DNA from: an uncultured Acidobacteriota bacterium
GTDB lineage: Bacteria > Acidobacteriota > Terriglobia > UBA7540
DNA: 64,000 bases
NCBI GenBank assembly: GCA_963804995.1
Contig: CAWDSK010000003.1
Span: 448,001-512,000 of the forward strand
Reading direction: 5' to 3'
Shown: in pieces, positions 47,967 to 58,156 of the stretch
How positions within the stretch are numbered: position 1 is the stretch's first letter
Layout of the letters: each line of letters starts with the position of its first letter
Program-made: the position numbers and the translations under genes
Notes under the pieces: model-generated
Told to the model about the DNA's origin: nothing
Database searches by the model: none
Seen by the model: only the letters and a program-made list of their open reading frames with translations

Positions 47967-50129
47967 TTATTTCACCCGCACCGACACCGTGTTCGAGTAG
48001 GCCGATACCGTAGTGGCGTTGTAAGCCTGGACGCGATAGAGGTAGGTGCCGCTGCTGACGTGATCGGTAAAGGTTTTCACGTTGCCCGCTACGTTTCCTA
48101 CCGTCGCGAAGCTGGTGGAACCGGAGGGCGCCCGTTGAATGGTGAACCCCGTTTGTTTGGTGGAGTTGTCGGTCCACTTGAGCGTCGCCGAGCCTTTACC
48201 GCCTGTCCCGGTCAGATTCGACGGGGCAGTGAGGGTGGCACTGGGGCTGACGGTGATCGCCACCTGGGCCGTGCCCGTGGCGCCGAAGTTGTCCGTCACG
48301 GTCAGGACCGCGGTAAAGTTGCCGGCGTTCTGATAGACATGCGCGGGCGAAGGGCTGGTGCTCGGTTGGGAACCGTCGCCAAAGTTCCAGCTATAGGAAA
48401 CGATGGTGCCGTCCGGGTCGCTCGATCCGCCCGAGCTGAAGTTGACCGTAAGCGGCGCGGTGCCGGAAGTTGGATTCGCGGAGGCCTTGGCGGTCGGAGG
48501 CGTGTGGGGCGCTCCCATCGGCAGCACCAGCAGCGTGATGCTCTGGGCGGGCGCGGTGAAGCCGACCGTCGAACCGCTGAAGTTCAAATCCGTCAGCCGC
48601 GTGATGGCATTGGCCGAGGTCAACTGATAGACCTGTGCGGTGCCGTTGCTGCTGAAGTTGTTGAGCGCGATCGAAACTGGCGTAGTGCCGGAAAGATACT
48701 TGCAGATGACCACCACCGTGAGCGCGCTGTCCGAAATGCGCTGGGCCGCGAACACCGAAACGTTGTCGGGATTCGGCCCGCTCGCCGAGACGCTGGTGTC
48801 GCCGAACGTGGAGAGATTCCCGTCGTAATTGCGATAGATCTTGATGGCTTTGTAGGTGGGGGTGGAGGCATCGGGCGTGGTCCAGCGCGCCGCCAGGTCC
48901 AGGCCTTCGCGCCCAAAGATGCCCAGGATGTCAGCTTGCGCGGTGGCGCCATTGATGTAAGGTTCAGCCCCCCAGTTGTATTCCGTGATGCCGAGGGGCG
49001 TGCCCGTATAGTAGTAGGTGTTCACCCAGGTGCGCATCCGCGGGATCAGCATAACGGTGCTGTTGATCCAGGATTGGTCCACGTAGTTGGGATCCCACAG
49101 CGAACGCGTGGATTGGTTGCGCAGCAGCTCCGTCGAGGTGCTGACGTCGTTGCTGAACTCCCCGCCTTGCGGGTAGTAGTGCACGGTAAAGACATCCAGT
49201 AAGTGGCGTCCATCACTCTTCAACTGGCCCAACAGCCAAGGCAGGTAATCGGCGCCTCCATGTGCGGTACGGTCGGGCAGGTAGCTCCAACCGTGCAGGC
49301 CGCCGTACTGCTGGTCGTAGCCGCTATAAAAGTAGCCGCTCCAACCCCACTCTTCGGGACCGACGATGAGGGCGCCGGGATCGGTGGCGCGGATCATGGC
49401 GGCGTAGTTCTGGATGCGGCCCAAGACCTCGCTCATCGTTGCGCCCACCGGATGCACGTCACGATGCGTGGAGAACCAGATGCTGTGCTCGTTATCCAGA
49501 ATGTAGTAGCGCGGCGCGGTGCTGCTGGCCAGGCCCCAATCATTCACCATCTCCTGTATCCACTGCTGCTGGATCGTAGAAGTGTTGGCCACGTTGGCAT
49601 CATTGGGGTCGTTGTTCTGCACATACTGGTTGGTGGATTGCAAAATGCCGTTGCCCGCGTCGGGAAACCACTGGGCGTCGTTGCCCGTCTGCGCGCCATA
49701 CTTGGCTTGGGAAAAGCTGGCGAGCTTCGCGCGGTTGGGGCCGAGCTTGCCTATCCAGTCAAGCATGGGAATGGTGATCATGGCCCGCGCGCCGGCTGCC
49801 TGGGTGGTGGATATGAAGGTGTCGCCGCGTTCGCCCGGCACGCTGCTGGCGTCTCCGATACTCTCAAAGTACCAGTCATTGTCGCGGTTGTCGGCGTTGA
49901 TCTGCCAGTTGTAGCGGCTGGCGTTGTTGCCTCCATAACGGTTCAGCGTGACGTTAAGGTCTGAAAGCTGCGCCGTGGTGCCGTAGGCGACGCCATAGAC
50001 TCGCGGATCAATGGCATGGCGGTTGGCATTGGCATCCACCGTGATGCTTGCCGTGGGGTTCTGCGCCAAGGCAGCCACGCAGAAAGAGAGCGTGAGGATC
50101 GAGGCCCGATACGCAGATGCGCGCTTCAT
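47967..50129 (-). CDS. Glycoside hydrolase family 44 with PKD and FN3-like domains
   Basis: RYGGNNASRYNW, LDNEH, HYYPQ, ITEYNWG; SDPDG...WNFGDG PKD; APSNL...LKWTDNS. Confidence 0.88.
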   Translation of the reverse strand: MKRASAYRASILTLSFCVAALAQNPTASITVDANANRHAIDPRVYGVAYGTTAQLSDLNVTLNRYGGNNASRYNWQINADNRDNDWYFESIGDASSVPGERGDTFISTTQAAGARAMITIPMLDWIGKLGPNRAKLASFSQAKYGAQTGNDAQWFPDAGNGILQSTNQYVQNNDPNDANVANTSTIQQQWIQEMVNDWGLASSTAPRYYILDNEHSIWFSTHRDVHPVGATMSEVLGRIQNYAAMIRATDPGALIVGPEEWGWSGYFYSGYDQQYGGLHGWSYLPDRTAHGGADYLPWLLGQLKSDGRHLLDVFTVHYYPQGGEFSNDVSTSTELLRNQSTRSLWDPNYVDQSWINSTVMLIPRMRTWVNTYYYTGTPLGITEYNWGAEPYINGATAQADILGIFGREGLDLAARWTTPDASTPTYKAIKIYRNYDGNLSTFGDTSVSASGPNPDNVSVFAAQRISDSALTVVVICKYLSGTTPVSIALNNFSSNGTAQVYQLTSANAITRLTDLNFSGSTVGFTAPAQSITLLVLPMGAPHTPPTAKASANPTSGTAPLTVNFSSGGSSDPDGTIVSYSWNFGDGSQPSTSPSPAHVYQNAGNFTAVLTVTDNFGATGTAQVAITVSPSATLTAPSNLTGTGGKGSATLKWTDNSTKQTGFTIQRAPSGSTSFATVGNVAGNVKTFTDHVSSGTYLYRVQAYNATTVSAYSNTVSVRVK

Positions 50130-50210
50130 GATGAAACCTCTAAATTTAAGTTTGGGGCTGAGGGCAGTTGAAATCCTACACCAATTCTGGTCCAAATTAG
50201 ATTAATTTTT

Positions 50211-50312
50211 GGTAGTGTCTCAGTTTGATGATGTAGCGGCGAGTTCACCTCGCCAAATGGCAGCGTCTCGATCAGATCGGGATGAATGCCGCCGCCTCTC
50301 CGTCAAACTGGG
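50211..50312. mobile_element. MITE with IS1-like left end and GTAG REP core (inverted relative to 12918 copy)
   Basis: GGTAGTGTCTCAGTTTGA ... TCAAACTG (right end truncated). Confidence 0.72.
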
Positions 50313-50320
50313 AAAATCGA

Positions 50321-50485
50321 TTAAGCCTGGATACGCCGCTGTTTTCTGAGCGGAGTTTGAGCGATCGCCAAGCTGCGGTCGCGAAGCATTTCCAGAAGCT
50401 TGACCTTTTCGGAAAAGGAAAGCGCTTGGAGCCGTCGGCGCGTGGCTCGTTTGCTTTCCAAAACTTTACGCAGCCAATCGCTCAT
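50321..50485 (-). CDS. 54-aa basic helical protein missed by the ORF track
   Basis: MSDWLRKVLESKRATRRRLQALSFSEKVKLLEMLRDRSLAIAQTPLRKQRRIQA; GAGGT RBS; ATGA overlap with upstream stop. Confidence 0.6.
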   Translation of the reverse strand: MSDWLRKVLESKRATRRRLQALSFSEKVKLLEMLRDRSLAIAQTPLRKQRRIQA

Positions 50486-50665
50486 GGATTACCTCGCCCC
50501 GATGGATCTGGACCTCGAAGGAATTTAACTCCAAATTGCTCCCATTTCTCAAGCAGTCCATGCCGCTGCAGGATGGGGTCGAGCCGGCTCGAGCTCCAGA
50601 ACTCCGGCTTCGACGAATTGCAGAATGCGGGCGAAATCAATCTTCGGTATTTGACCCGACCTCTC
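50482..50665 (-). pseudogene. Frameshifted 3' relic of a gene, possibly nucleotidyltransferase-like
   Basis: GRVK / DFARILQFVEAGVL / LDPILQRHGLLEKWEQFGVKFL in shifting frames. Confidence 0.4.
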
Positions 50666-50691
50666 CGATTGAGATAAAGCAGGCAATTACT

Positions 50692-50928
50692 ATGAAGAAA
50701 GCGCACTACCACTTCAATAATGTTGTTCTCCGGCCCGAACCCGAGGGTGGATTTACTGCCCTGGTGCCCGCACTGCCCGGCTGCGTCACATACGGGCGGA
50801 CTCTTGTCGAAGCTAGAAAAATGGCCAAGGACGCTGTTTCCGGCTATATCGAGAGCCTCAGGAAGCACGGGGAGCCCATCCCCACCGACGAGGAGACCCT
50901 GGTGACCTCCCCCTACATCCCTCATTGA
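50692..50928 (+). CDS. hicB: HicB-family antitoxin (orphan)
   Basis: PEPEGGFTALVPALPGCVTYGRTLVEA...GEPIP. Confidence 0.85.
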   Translation: MKKAHYHFNNVVLRPEPEGGFTALVPALPGCVTYGRTLVEARKMAKDAVSGYIESLRKHGEPIPTDEETLVTSPYIPH

Positions 50929-50946
50929 GCCACCGTTCGATTTCTG

Positions 50947-52107
50947 TTACCCGAGCTCAATAATCTCCATATTTCGATTCGAAAACATCTCAACTCCGGT
51001 GGCGGTTACACGCACTCCGTTTTCCCAGCGCAACCCGAAGTCCACGTCCTGAACGAACGTGTCCACCTGGAACGTCATGTTTTCCTCGAGCCGGTAGTGA
51101 GAAGTTACCTCCATCCAAGGCGGCTCAACTTCGATCATGCCCCAGCCGTGGCAGGGGCCGTAAAGGAAGTTCTTCTCATATCCCTTTTCGACAAAGAGCC
51201 GGTGATAGCGCTGGGCGATTTCGGCGGCTTCGACTCCGGCGCGCATCCATTGCATGGTCTGCCCATGGGCGAGCTTGCCGAATTCGACCAGTTCCCGCCT
51301 CTTCCCGGTCAATTTCCCCAGGCAAACCGGCCGCCCCACCCCGGAGGAATACCCGTCGACTCGCGCCGCAATGTTGAGCTGGACCAGGTCGCCCTTCTCC
51401 AGGCGCCGGTGACCGGGCCGGGAGATGGCGTGGTTCGAGTGCGTTCCGGAGAGCACATACTGCGGCATGCCTTCGTACTCCGCGCCGTGCGCATAAATAG
51501 CTTCTTGCGCAATCCCCACCACCTGCAGTTCGGTCATGCCGGGCTTGATGCGCGCGAGGATGGCGTCGATGGCCAGCTCGGCGATTCGACAAGCCTCCCG
51601 CAGGCACGCCAATTCCGCTTCCGATTTCACCGAGCGCATCCGGGTCATGAGGTGATCGGCCCGGACGATCGCGGCCGTGGGAAAATGCTGCTTCAGCCCG
51701 TCCAGGACCGGAAGGGTTGTGACCAGATAGCCCGCAATGCCGATGCGCTTGGGATCGGTCACCCCGACTTCCGCAAAGACATCACGGAAATTCGAAACTG
51801 TCACGCCCGGATAGGCCGGATCGGCCGATTCCCGGTACTCCACCATCTTCCGGATGCGCGGAATGCGGCTGGTATCTTGCGCGAAGGTCTCCGATTCCGG
51901 ACCGATCAGCAGAGTGGGGGGGCCTTGCCGCGGGATGACCACGCCCGCCGTCTCAAAGATGGGCCAATCGCTCAAGAAATAGCGGACATTGGCAAAATCC
52001 GCCTCGTTGGAATTAACCAGCAGAACGTCCAGATCCGTTTCGCGCAGGAGTTCCTGGACTCTCGCCAGACGCTTTCCGAATTCTTCAGAAGGGATATTTG
52101 CGGTCAT
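50947..52107 (-). CDS. M24 family Xaa-Pro peptidase/creatinase-like protein
   Basis: RSVKSEAEL, IKPGMTE, HGWGMIEVEPP, GLRWENGV; several canonical metal ligands look altered. Confidence 0.8.
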   Translation of the reverse strand: MTANIPSEEFGKRLARVQELLRETDLDVLLVNSNEADFANVRYFLSDWPIFETAGVVIPRQGPPTLLIGPESETFAQDTSRIPRIRKMVEYRESADPAYPGVTVSNFRDVFAEVGVTDPKRIGIAGYLVTTLPVLDGLKQHFPTAAIVRADHLMTRMRSVKSEAELACLREACRIAELAIDAILARIKPGMTELQVVGIAQEAIYAHGAEYEGMPQYVLSGTHSNHAISRPGHRRLEKGDLVQLNIAARVDGYSSGVGRPVCLGKLTGKRRELVEFGKLAHGQTMQWMRAGVEAAEIAQRYHRLFVEKGYEKNFLYGPCHGWGMIEVEPPWMEVTSHYRLEENMTFQVDTFVQDVDFGLRWENGVRVTATGVEMFSNRNMEIIELG

Positions 52108-52187
52108 GGGTCCTCGCTTTGATTACCAAGTTATGATGAGCCGGGTTAACCCTGCTCAAAGTTGCTTCCTTTCGCCGGCAGCGCTGC

Positions 52188-53573
52188 TTAACCAGCGTCC
52201 TCGAACCTACCAAACGGCCAGGTCTGCCGCTTCCACGACATGATCGCGAACGCTGCGCATCCGGCCAAAACCGTCAACAAGCCAAAGCTCACATATCGAA
52301 TCCCGGCATCGAGGAAGAGAAATATCCACCCCACCAGGGCGATAGCGCAGGGCAAAGGGTAAAGAATCATCTTGAAGGGGCGGCAGACTTCCGGCCGATA
52401 CTTTCGCAACACCATCACGGCAACAACCTGCATCACAAATTGCACCAGGATGCGAGCCGTCATCAGTGCGCTGATCACCTCCGCCAGCTCGAATAAACTG
52501 GACAGCACGGATAACACACCGATGAGCAACAGGGAGACGTGAGGAAAATCCTTTTGGGTGTGAAGTTTCGCAAAGGGGCGGAAGAAGTTGCCATCCAGCG
52601 CGGCCGCATAAGGGACGCGGGAATAGGCAAGGATCAGGGCGTAAGTGCCCGCAAACGCACTCCATACTATCAGCAGACTTACCGCCTTCCCCGCCCAGTT
52701 CCCGTACACCCGGCTCATGAACAATGCAACGATGAAGGGTGACTGCATTGCTTCCCGCCAGGGAATCACCCCCAGAACACTCAGGCACAAAAGCAGATTG
52801 ATGACGAAGACCACGAGAACGGAAATGATGATGGAACGCGGCACGGTACGCGGCGGGTCCACAACTTCTTCCCCCAGATAGCAGACTGCGTAGTATCCCA
52901 GGTAGCAGTACATCACGTAGAGCGTTGACGATCCCAGGCCCATCAGGTATCCGGTGCGGAGAGCGAACGCATGGGGAGGAAATGAGAAGGCCAGATGGGC
53001 GTTGAAGTGCATGAACCCCGAAATGATCACCCAGACTACGGCGACCAGCATTCCTGCCCAGAGGGTCACCATCACCTTGGCAATGGAGGTGATCTTTCGA
53101 TAAAGCAGAATCGTGGCCAGCACTCCCGCGCCCGCCGCCACCAATTTGCCATCCCGCAACGTCATGCCGGGCCAAAGGTAGCCCATGTATTGCGCGAGGC
53201 CAATGTTCGAGGAGCCAATCTCCAGCGGGCCGCTCAAGATAAGCTGGAAAATGAACATGAAACCCAGAAAGCGTCCCCATTTTTGCCGGCCAAAGGAGTC
53301 GCGCAGGTAAACGTAAGATCCTCCCTCACCGGGGAAGGCACCGGCCAATTCGCTCCAGACCATACCATCGGCCAATGCGATGAGTGTGCCGGTAAACCAA
53401 CCCAGGAGCGCTTGGGGCCCTCCCATCGAGCTGATGATGAGCGGCAGGGTGATGAAGGTCCCGGCCCCCACCATGTTGGACATGTTAATGGAGGTGGCGC
53501 TTAAGAGCCCCAGCCGCCGCTCCAAATGCGGCTGTACTTGCGCCGGGTTTTTGTCTACGTGGGTGTCCTGCAA
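52188..53573 (-). CDS. APC family amino acid permease
   Basis: LERRLGL, MVGAGTF, ELAGAFPGEGGSYVY, GEEVVDPPRTVPRSI. Confidence 0.9.
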   Translation of the reverse strand: MQDTHVDKNPAQVQPHLERRLGLLSATSINMSNMVGAGTFITLPLIISSMGGPQALLGWFTGTLIALADGMVWSELAGAFPGEGGSYVYLRDSFGRQKWGRFLGFMFIFQLILSGPLEIGSSNIGLAQYMGYLWPGMTLRDGKLVAAGAGVLATILLYRKITSIAKVMVTLWAGMLVAVVWVIISGFMHFNAHLAFSFPPHAFALRTGYLMGLGSSTLYVMYCYLGYYAVCYLGEEVVDPPRTVPRSIIISVLVVFVINLLLCLSVLGVIPWREAMQSPFIVALFMSRVYGNWAGKAVSLLIVWSAFAGTYALILAYSRVPYAAALDGNFFRPFAKLHTQKDFPHVSLLLIGVLSVLSSLFELAEVISALMTARILVQFVMQVVAVMVLRKYRPEVCRPFKMILYPLPCAIALVGWIFLFLDAGIRYVSFGLLTVLAGCAAFAIMSWKRQTWPFGRFEDAG

Positions 53574-53797
53574 CTAGACCCCTTGGGAAGCGCATTCCCC
53601 ACTTCGATACGAAGTGACTTAAAATTCAGCCACTTGAAGTGGCATGGGCAGGTCTGCCGTGCCACATCAAAATGGTTCATTACCCTTCGGGCAGCATTAG
53701 GGTTTTCCCCCGCCCACGCGCCAGCATATCTGAGGACGGAAAAAACTCGGGGCAGGATATCTACAGGGAAGCTGGCTGTCAAGGCCGCTGAGAAACG

Positions 53798-53888
53798 GGT
53801 GCTGTCCTAATTTCAAACGTAGCGCCGGCTTCCAGCCGGCATGGAGCCCCGATGAATAGGGGCGCTACGTTTAAATTAGGACAGCACC
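53798..53888. mobile_element. MITE with IS1-like TIRs and GTAGCGCC REP core (sister of 23193-23283)
   Basis: GGTGCTGTCCTAATTT/AAATTAGGACAGCACC; flanks GAGAAACG/AAGGAACG (6/8). Confidence 0.82.
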
Positions 53889-54275
53889 AAGGAACGACTG
53901 CACGTGCATCTATTGTTGGGTCGGGCTTCGCCGCGGTGCGCTACCCGCTCTCGGAGGCGTGCGGGTCGTCCCCCATCGACAACAATATTACGCGGACCTA
54001 CAAAACTGGTCCGCGCTACGCGTGCTCGTCATGGTAGCGGGTGGATGCGCCGTGAAAATCGGTGATTTCTTGCGATTTTTTGAAGGCCTAATCGAATAAA
54101 GCAACCCATCCCCTCGATTCACATTATTGACCCTGGCAGTGGCTCCTTTGATAATCCACGCGTCAGGGTATTTCGGTTACAGCCGATCGGCCACATCAGA
54201 TTCAAACGTAACTCGCGTTGGGGGTTAAGTCTTTCCAGACATACAAACAACGCCATCCATAAGGAGGGTGGCTGC

Positions 54276-57200
54276 ATGGCAAAGCACGGGACGTGTATTT
54301 GGGTCACCGCATGGGTCATTCTGTTGTTTGCCGCAGTGCTGAGCGCACAGGAGACCACAGCGAGTTTTCGCGGTACCGTTTTGGATCCCAGCGGTGCGCG
54401 AGTGCCGTCGGCCAAGGTTACGGCCATCCAGGCGGAAACCGGGTTTACACGCAGCGGCGTAAGCGATGCGTCAGGCGACTACTTGCTGGTGCTCCTGCCC
54501 ATTGGCCATTACCGGTTGGAGGTCACAGCGCCGGGGTTTCGCAACTATGTGCAGGACGGCATCAGCTTGAGTGTCAATCAGGTGGCGCAGGTGCCGGTAC
54601 ACCTTGAGGTGGGATTGCCGCAGCAGACCGTGCAGGTCAACGCGGACGCGGGACTGGTGGCGACCACCAACGACTTGGGTGAGACCCTCCACGATAGCGA
54701 GATTGTCGATCTGCCGCTCAACGGCCGCAATTTCTCGCAGCTTGGCCTCCTGCTGCCTGGCACGGCGCCCCTCACGCCAGGTTTGCAGTTGGCCGGTGGC
54801 TCCATGCGTGGCGGCCAGTCGTATGCCGTGAACGGCATGCGGCCGGAGTCCAACGAATTCCTGGTGGACGGAGCGGAGAACTACAACAGCATCAATGCCG
54901 GCTTCGTTCTGAAGCCGCCCCCCGACGCCATTGCGGAATTCCGCATCCTGACCAACACCGCTTCCGCTGAGTTCGGCCATAACGCCGGCTCCAGCACCAA
55001 CATCGTGACGCGCTCGGGATCAAACCAGATTCACGGCGATGTTTACGACTTCCTGCGAAACGACGCGGTGGATGCGCGTAATTTCTTTTCCACCAGCGTG
55101 GACCCCCTGAAGCAAAACCAGTTCGGCGGCACGCTGGGCGGTCCCCTGCGACGTGATAAGACTTTCCTTTTTGGCTTCTACGAGGGCTATCGCAACCGGC
55201 AGGGGGAAACGCAGTTGACCACGGTCCCCACCGCCGCGCAACGGCAGGGAAACTTCGGCGCCGAGTGCGCCACTTATTCGCCCCAGGGATTCTGCACCGA
55301 TCCCGCGGGAACACAGTTGGTCAACGTGTTTGCTTCGCCGCCGCAACCTCTACCTTTCAACCAACTTCCCCCTGGCGCGATCAGTGCAATTTCGCAGAGT
55401 TTGCTGGCATTCTATCCGCTGCCCAATGAGTCGAACTACGGGCCCAACGCCTACGGCGCCACCGAGGTGTTGCAGAACACCTCCGACCAGTTCGGGCTCC
55501 GGCTTGACCACTACCTCTCCGCGCACGACACTATTTCCTTCCACTACCTCTTTAACAACGGTTCGCAGTTGGACCCGCTATCCATCGCCGGGGCCAATGT
55601 GCCCGGTTTTCCCGTAGGAGAGAATTTCCGCGCCCAAAACGCCGCCCTGGAAGAAACCCACTCGTTCTCGCCGTCGATTGTGAACGTCGTCCGGTTTTCC
55701 TTTCTGCGAAACAAATTCCTTTTTGGTGAAGCCACGAACCACACCCCGATCTCCTCGCTGGGATTCCAATACTCTCCCACCCTGGCAAGTCAGTTGGGGC
55801 CTCCCTTCGTGGAAGTCGGGGGCTATGCTTCGGTCGGCAATCCCATCACGGGGCCGGCCAACGACTATCAGAATACTTATTCGTTGACGGACTCGCTGGC
55901 ATGGGTCCACGGGAGGCACGAACTTAAATTGGGCGGCGAGTTTCAACGCGACCAATTGAATACGCTACTGGGCATTGCCTCGAATGGATTTTTCGTTTTT
56001 GCCCCCGTTCCCATCGTGGGCGATGCGTTTGTGGACTTCCTGATCGGACAGCCGGTGGTTTTCCTGCAAGGCGGGGGGCAGCTTCCACGCGGTATGCGCG
56101 CCACGAATTTCAATCTTTATGTGCAGGACAGTTACAAGCCCACTTCGCGCCTGACGGTCAATATAGGGCTGCGCTACGAATTGCCGCAGCCTTACCGCGA
56201 AATCCACAACCAGGACGCGTTGTTTGTGCCCCAGGCGCAGTCGCGCATCATTCCGAGCGCACCTCCGGGCCTGCTTTATCCGGGCGATCCGGGTGTGGGG
56301 CCTGGTTTAATCCCCAGGGAATACCGCGCCTTGGCTCCGCGTGCGGGCTTCGCTTGGGATCCCACCGGCAACGGGAAGTGGGCCGTGCGCGCCGCCTACG
56401 GTATTTTCTATGACCCTTATTACAACGGTGAAGGCGGTCCCTTGCAAGCGCCGGAAAGCGCGCCACCGTGGTTCAAGACAATCCAGGAATCGTTTCCTTC
56501 CAGCTTCGCGGACCCTCTGCCGGCCGGGTCCAATCCCTTTGCACCCAACTTTGCGGGCGGAGCCCAATCGCTGACCCTGCTCACTCTCGATCCACACCTC
56601 CAGGTGCCCTACGCGCAAGATTGGAACTTCACGGTGGAGCATTCTTTTGGACAGGGGTGGTTGCTGGAGGTTGGATACGTGGGAACCAAAGGGACCAAGT
56701 TGCCGCGCTTCCTCGAAAGCAATCCGCCCACACTCTGTTCCACGCTGCCGGCCAGTCAGCAATCCTCCTGCATCAGCGGCGAACAACAGAACGTAAACGC
56801 TTACCGCCCCTATTCGGGCTGCAATCCGGCGAATCCCAATCTTTGCAATTACGGGTCGATAGGCCTGATCTCCGGTGTCACCAACTCGAATTACAACTCA
56901 CTTCAGACGAGCCTGCGTAAACGCCTCGGCCACGGCATGGCGTTCCTGGCGTCCTATACCTATTCCAAGGCCCTGGACGACGTGTCAAGTTTCAATCTTA
57001 CGGGGTCCGCACCAACGCTAGTCGCTGGCGAAAATGACCTTGCGCAGAACCCGTGGAATCTGGAGGCGGAGTATGGCCGCTCGCTGTTCGACGCTCGCCA
57101 ACGTCTGGTCTTCAGCTATCAGTGGCAGCTCCCCTTCTGGAAGAGCTCCCACACCTGGTACCAGAGCGCCCTGGGTAACTGGCAGTTGAACGGCATCGTT

Positions 57201-57632
57201 TCCACGTCGACGGGGACGCCGTTTACCGTTTATGATTCCAGTGACCCGTCTCTTCAGGGACAATCCCCCGAGATCTCGGGGTTTGTCGGTGACCGCCCGA
57301 ACCTGGTGGGAAATCCCAACAACGGCCCCAAAACTGCGAGCCAATGGTTCAACACCCAGGCATTCCAGCAGAACACGCATCTGGGAACCTTCGGCAATGC
57401 CGGCCGAAATATCGTCCAAGCCGCCGGCCTCTCTCAATGGGACTTTGCAGTTTTGAAGAACTTTCATCTGGCGGAGTCGGCCACCCTGCAGTTCCGCGGC
57501 GAGTTTTTTAATCTTCTGAACCGGGTGAACTTTGGCGTGCCGAATGACGACATCAGCTCGCCCACCTTTGGGCAGGTTCAGACGGCTGCTGCACCGCGCC
57601 AGATTCAATTCGCGCTGAAGCTTTTGTTCTAG
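54276..57632 (+). CDS. TonB-dependent receptor, Oar-like, with carboxypeptidase-regulatory-like N-domain
   Basis: GTVLDPSGA, LPLNGRNF, TRSGSN, NQFGGTLGGP, PRQIQFALKLLF C-terminus. Confidence 0.92.
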   Translation: MAKHGTCIWVTAWVILLFAAVLSAQETTASFRGTVLDPSGARVPSAKVTAIQAETGFTRSGVSDASGDYLLVLLPIGHYRLEVTAPGFRNYVQDGISLSVNQVAQVPVHLEVGLPQQTVQVNADAGLVATTNDLGETLHDSEIVDLPLNGRNFSQLGLLLPGTAPLTPGLQLAGGSMRGGQSYAVNGMRPESNEFLVDGAENYNSINAGFVLKPPPDAIAEFRILTNTASAEFGHNAGSSTNIVTRSGSNQIHGDVYDFLRNDAVDARNFFSTSVDPLKQNQFGGTLGGPLRRDKTFLFGFYEGYRNRQGETQLTTVPTAAQRQGNFGAECATYSPQGFCTDPAGTQLVNVFASPPQPLPFNQLPPGAISAISQSLLAFYPLPNESNYGPNAYGATEVLQNTSDQFGLRLDHYLSAHDTISFHYLFNNGSQLDPLSIAGANVPGFPVGENFRAQNAALEETHSFSPSIVNVVRFSFLRNKFLFGEATNHTPISSLGFQYSPTLASQLGPPFVEVGGYASVGNPITGPANDYQNTYSLTDSLAWVHGRHELKLGGEFQRDQLNTLLGIASNGFFVFAPVPIVGDAFVDFLIGQPVVFLQGGGQLPRGMRATNFNLYVQDSYKPTSRLTVNIGLRYELPQPYREIHNQDALFVPQAQSRIIPSAPPGLLYPGDPGVGPGLIPREYRALAPRAGFAWDPTGNGKWAVRAAYGIFYDPYYNGEGGPLQAPESAPPWFKTIQESFPSSFADPLPAGSNPFAPNFAGGAQSLTLLTLDPHLQVPYAQDWNFTVEHSFGQGWLLEVGYVGTKGTKLPRFLESNPPTLCSTLPASQQSSCISGEQQNVNAYRPYSGCNPANPNLCNYGSIGLISGVTNSNYNSLQTSLRKRLGHGMAFLASYTYSKALDDVSSFNLTGSAPTLVAGENDLAQNPWNLEAEYGRSLFDARQRLVFSYQWQLPFWKSSHTWYQSALGNWQLNGIVSTSTGTPFTVYDSSDPSLQGQSPEISGFVGDRPNLVGNPNNGPKTASQWFNTQAFQQNTHLGTFGNAGRNIVQAAGLSQWDFAVLKNFHLAESATLQFRGEFFNLLNRVNFGVPNDDISSPTFGQVQTAAAPRQIQFALKLLF

Positions 57633-57692
57633 AGGGGACGGATTTCGGAAGCAAGTGTAGCGTGGACCTCTGCGGTGGTGGGGCAAGTTGAC

Positions 57693-57765
57693 GTAGCGGC
57701 GGGTTTACCCCGCCACCCTGCCCGCGATCGCGTGGCATGAAATGGCGGGGTAAACCCGCCGCTAC
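57693..57765. repeat. GTAG REP doublet upstream of parDE
   Basis: GTAGCGGCGGGTTTACCCCGCC...GGCGGGGTAAACCCGCCGCTAC. Confidence 0.85.
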
Positions 57766-57889
57766 GAATCGGGCAGGATCAACTCGCCGTTGGGGCAAAC
57801 AGACCTGACAGGCAAACAGACCTGAACTTGCTACACGCGAGGATTTCCCGTATCCTGAGGGCGTAGGGAGTGGAAACGGAGAACCAGCG

Positions 57890-58156
57890 ATGCAGTTAAA
57901 CGTCCCACCGGACCTTGAGACGCTCATCAAAAAGCGCCTTTCCAGCGGCGGCTATACGAGCGCTGAAGACGTAGTCCGCCGCGCCCTGGAGGCGCAGGAC
58001 GCCGAAGAAAGCTGGACCGACGAGGAACGCCGGGCACTCGCCGCTCATATCGAGGAAGGCTATCTCCAGGCCGAGCGTGGCGAGCTTATGGACGGCGCCG
58101 AGGCTCGCCGGGAAATTCAGGCGATGAAAGACAACTGGCGTTTGTCCAAACGATGA
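57890..58156 (+). CDS. ParD-like (RHH) antitoxin
   Basis: SSGGYTSAEDVVRRAL, IEEGYLQAERGE; ATGA overlap with toxin. Confidence 0.85.
   Translation: MQLNVPPDLETLIKKRLSSGGYTSAEDVVRRALEAQDAEESWTDEERRALAAHIEEGYLQAERGELMDGAEARREIQAMKDNWRLSKR

Noticed and set aside
53890..54275. Riboswitch upstream of the TonB receptor
   Set aside because: No cobalamin or TPP consensus recognisable by eye; an Rfam scan would be needed
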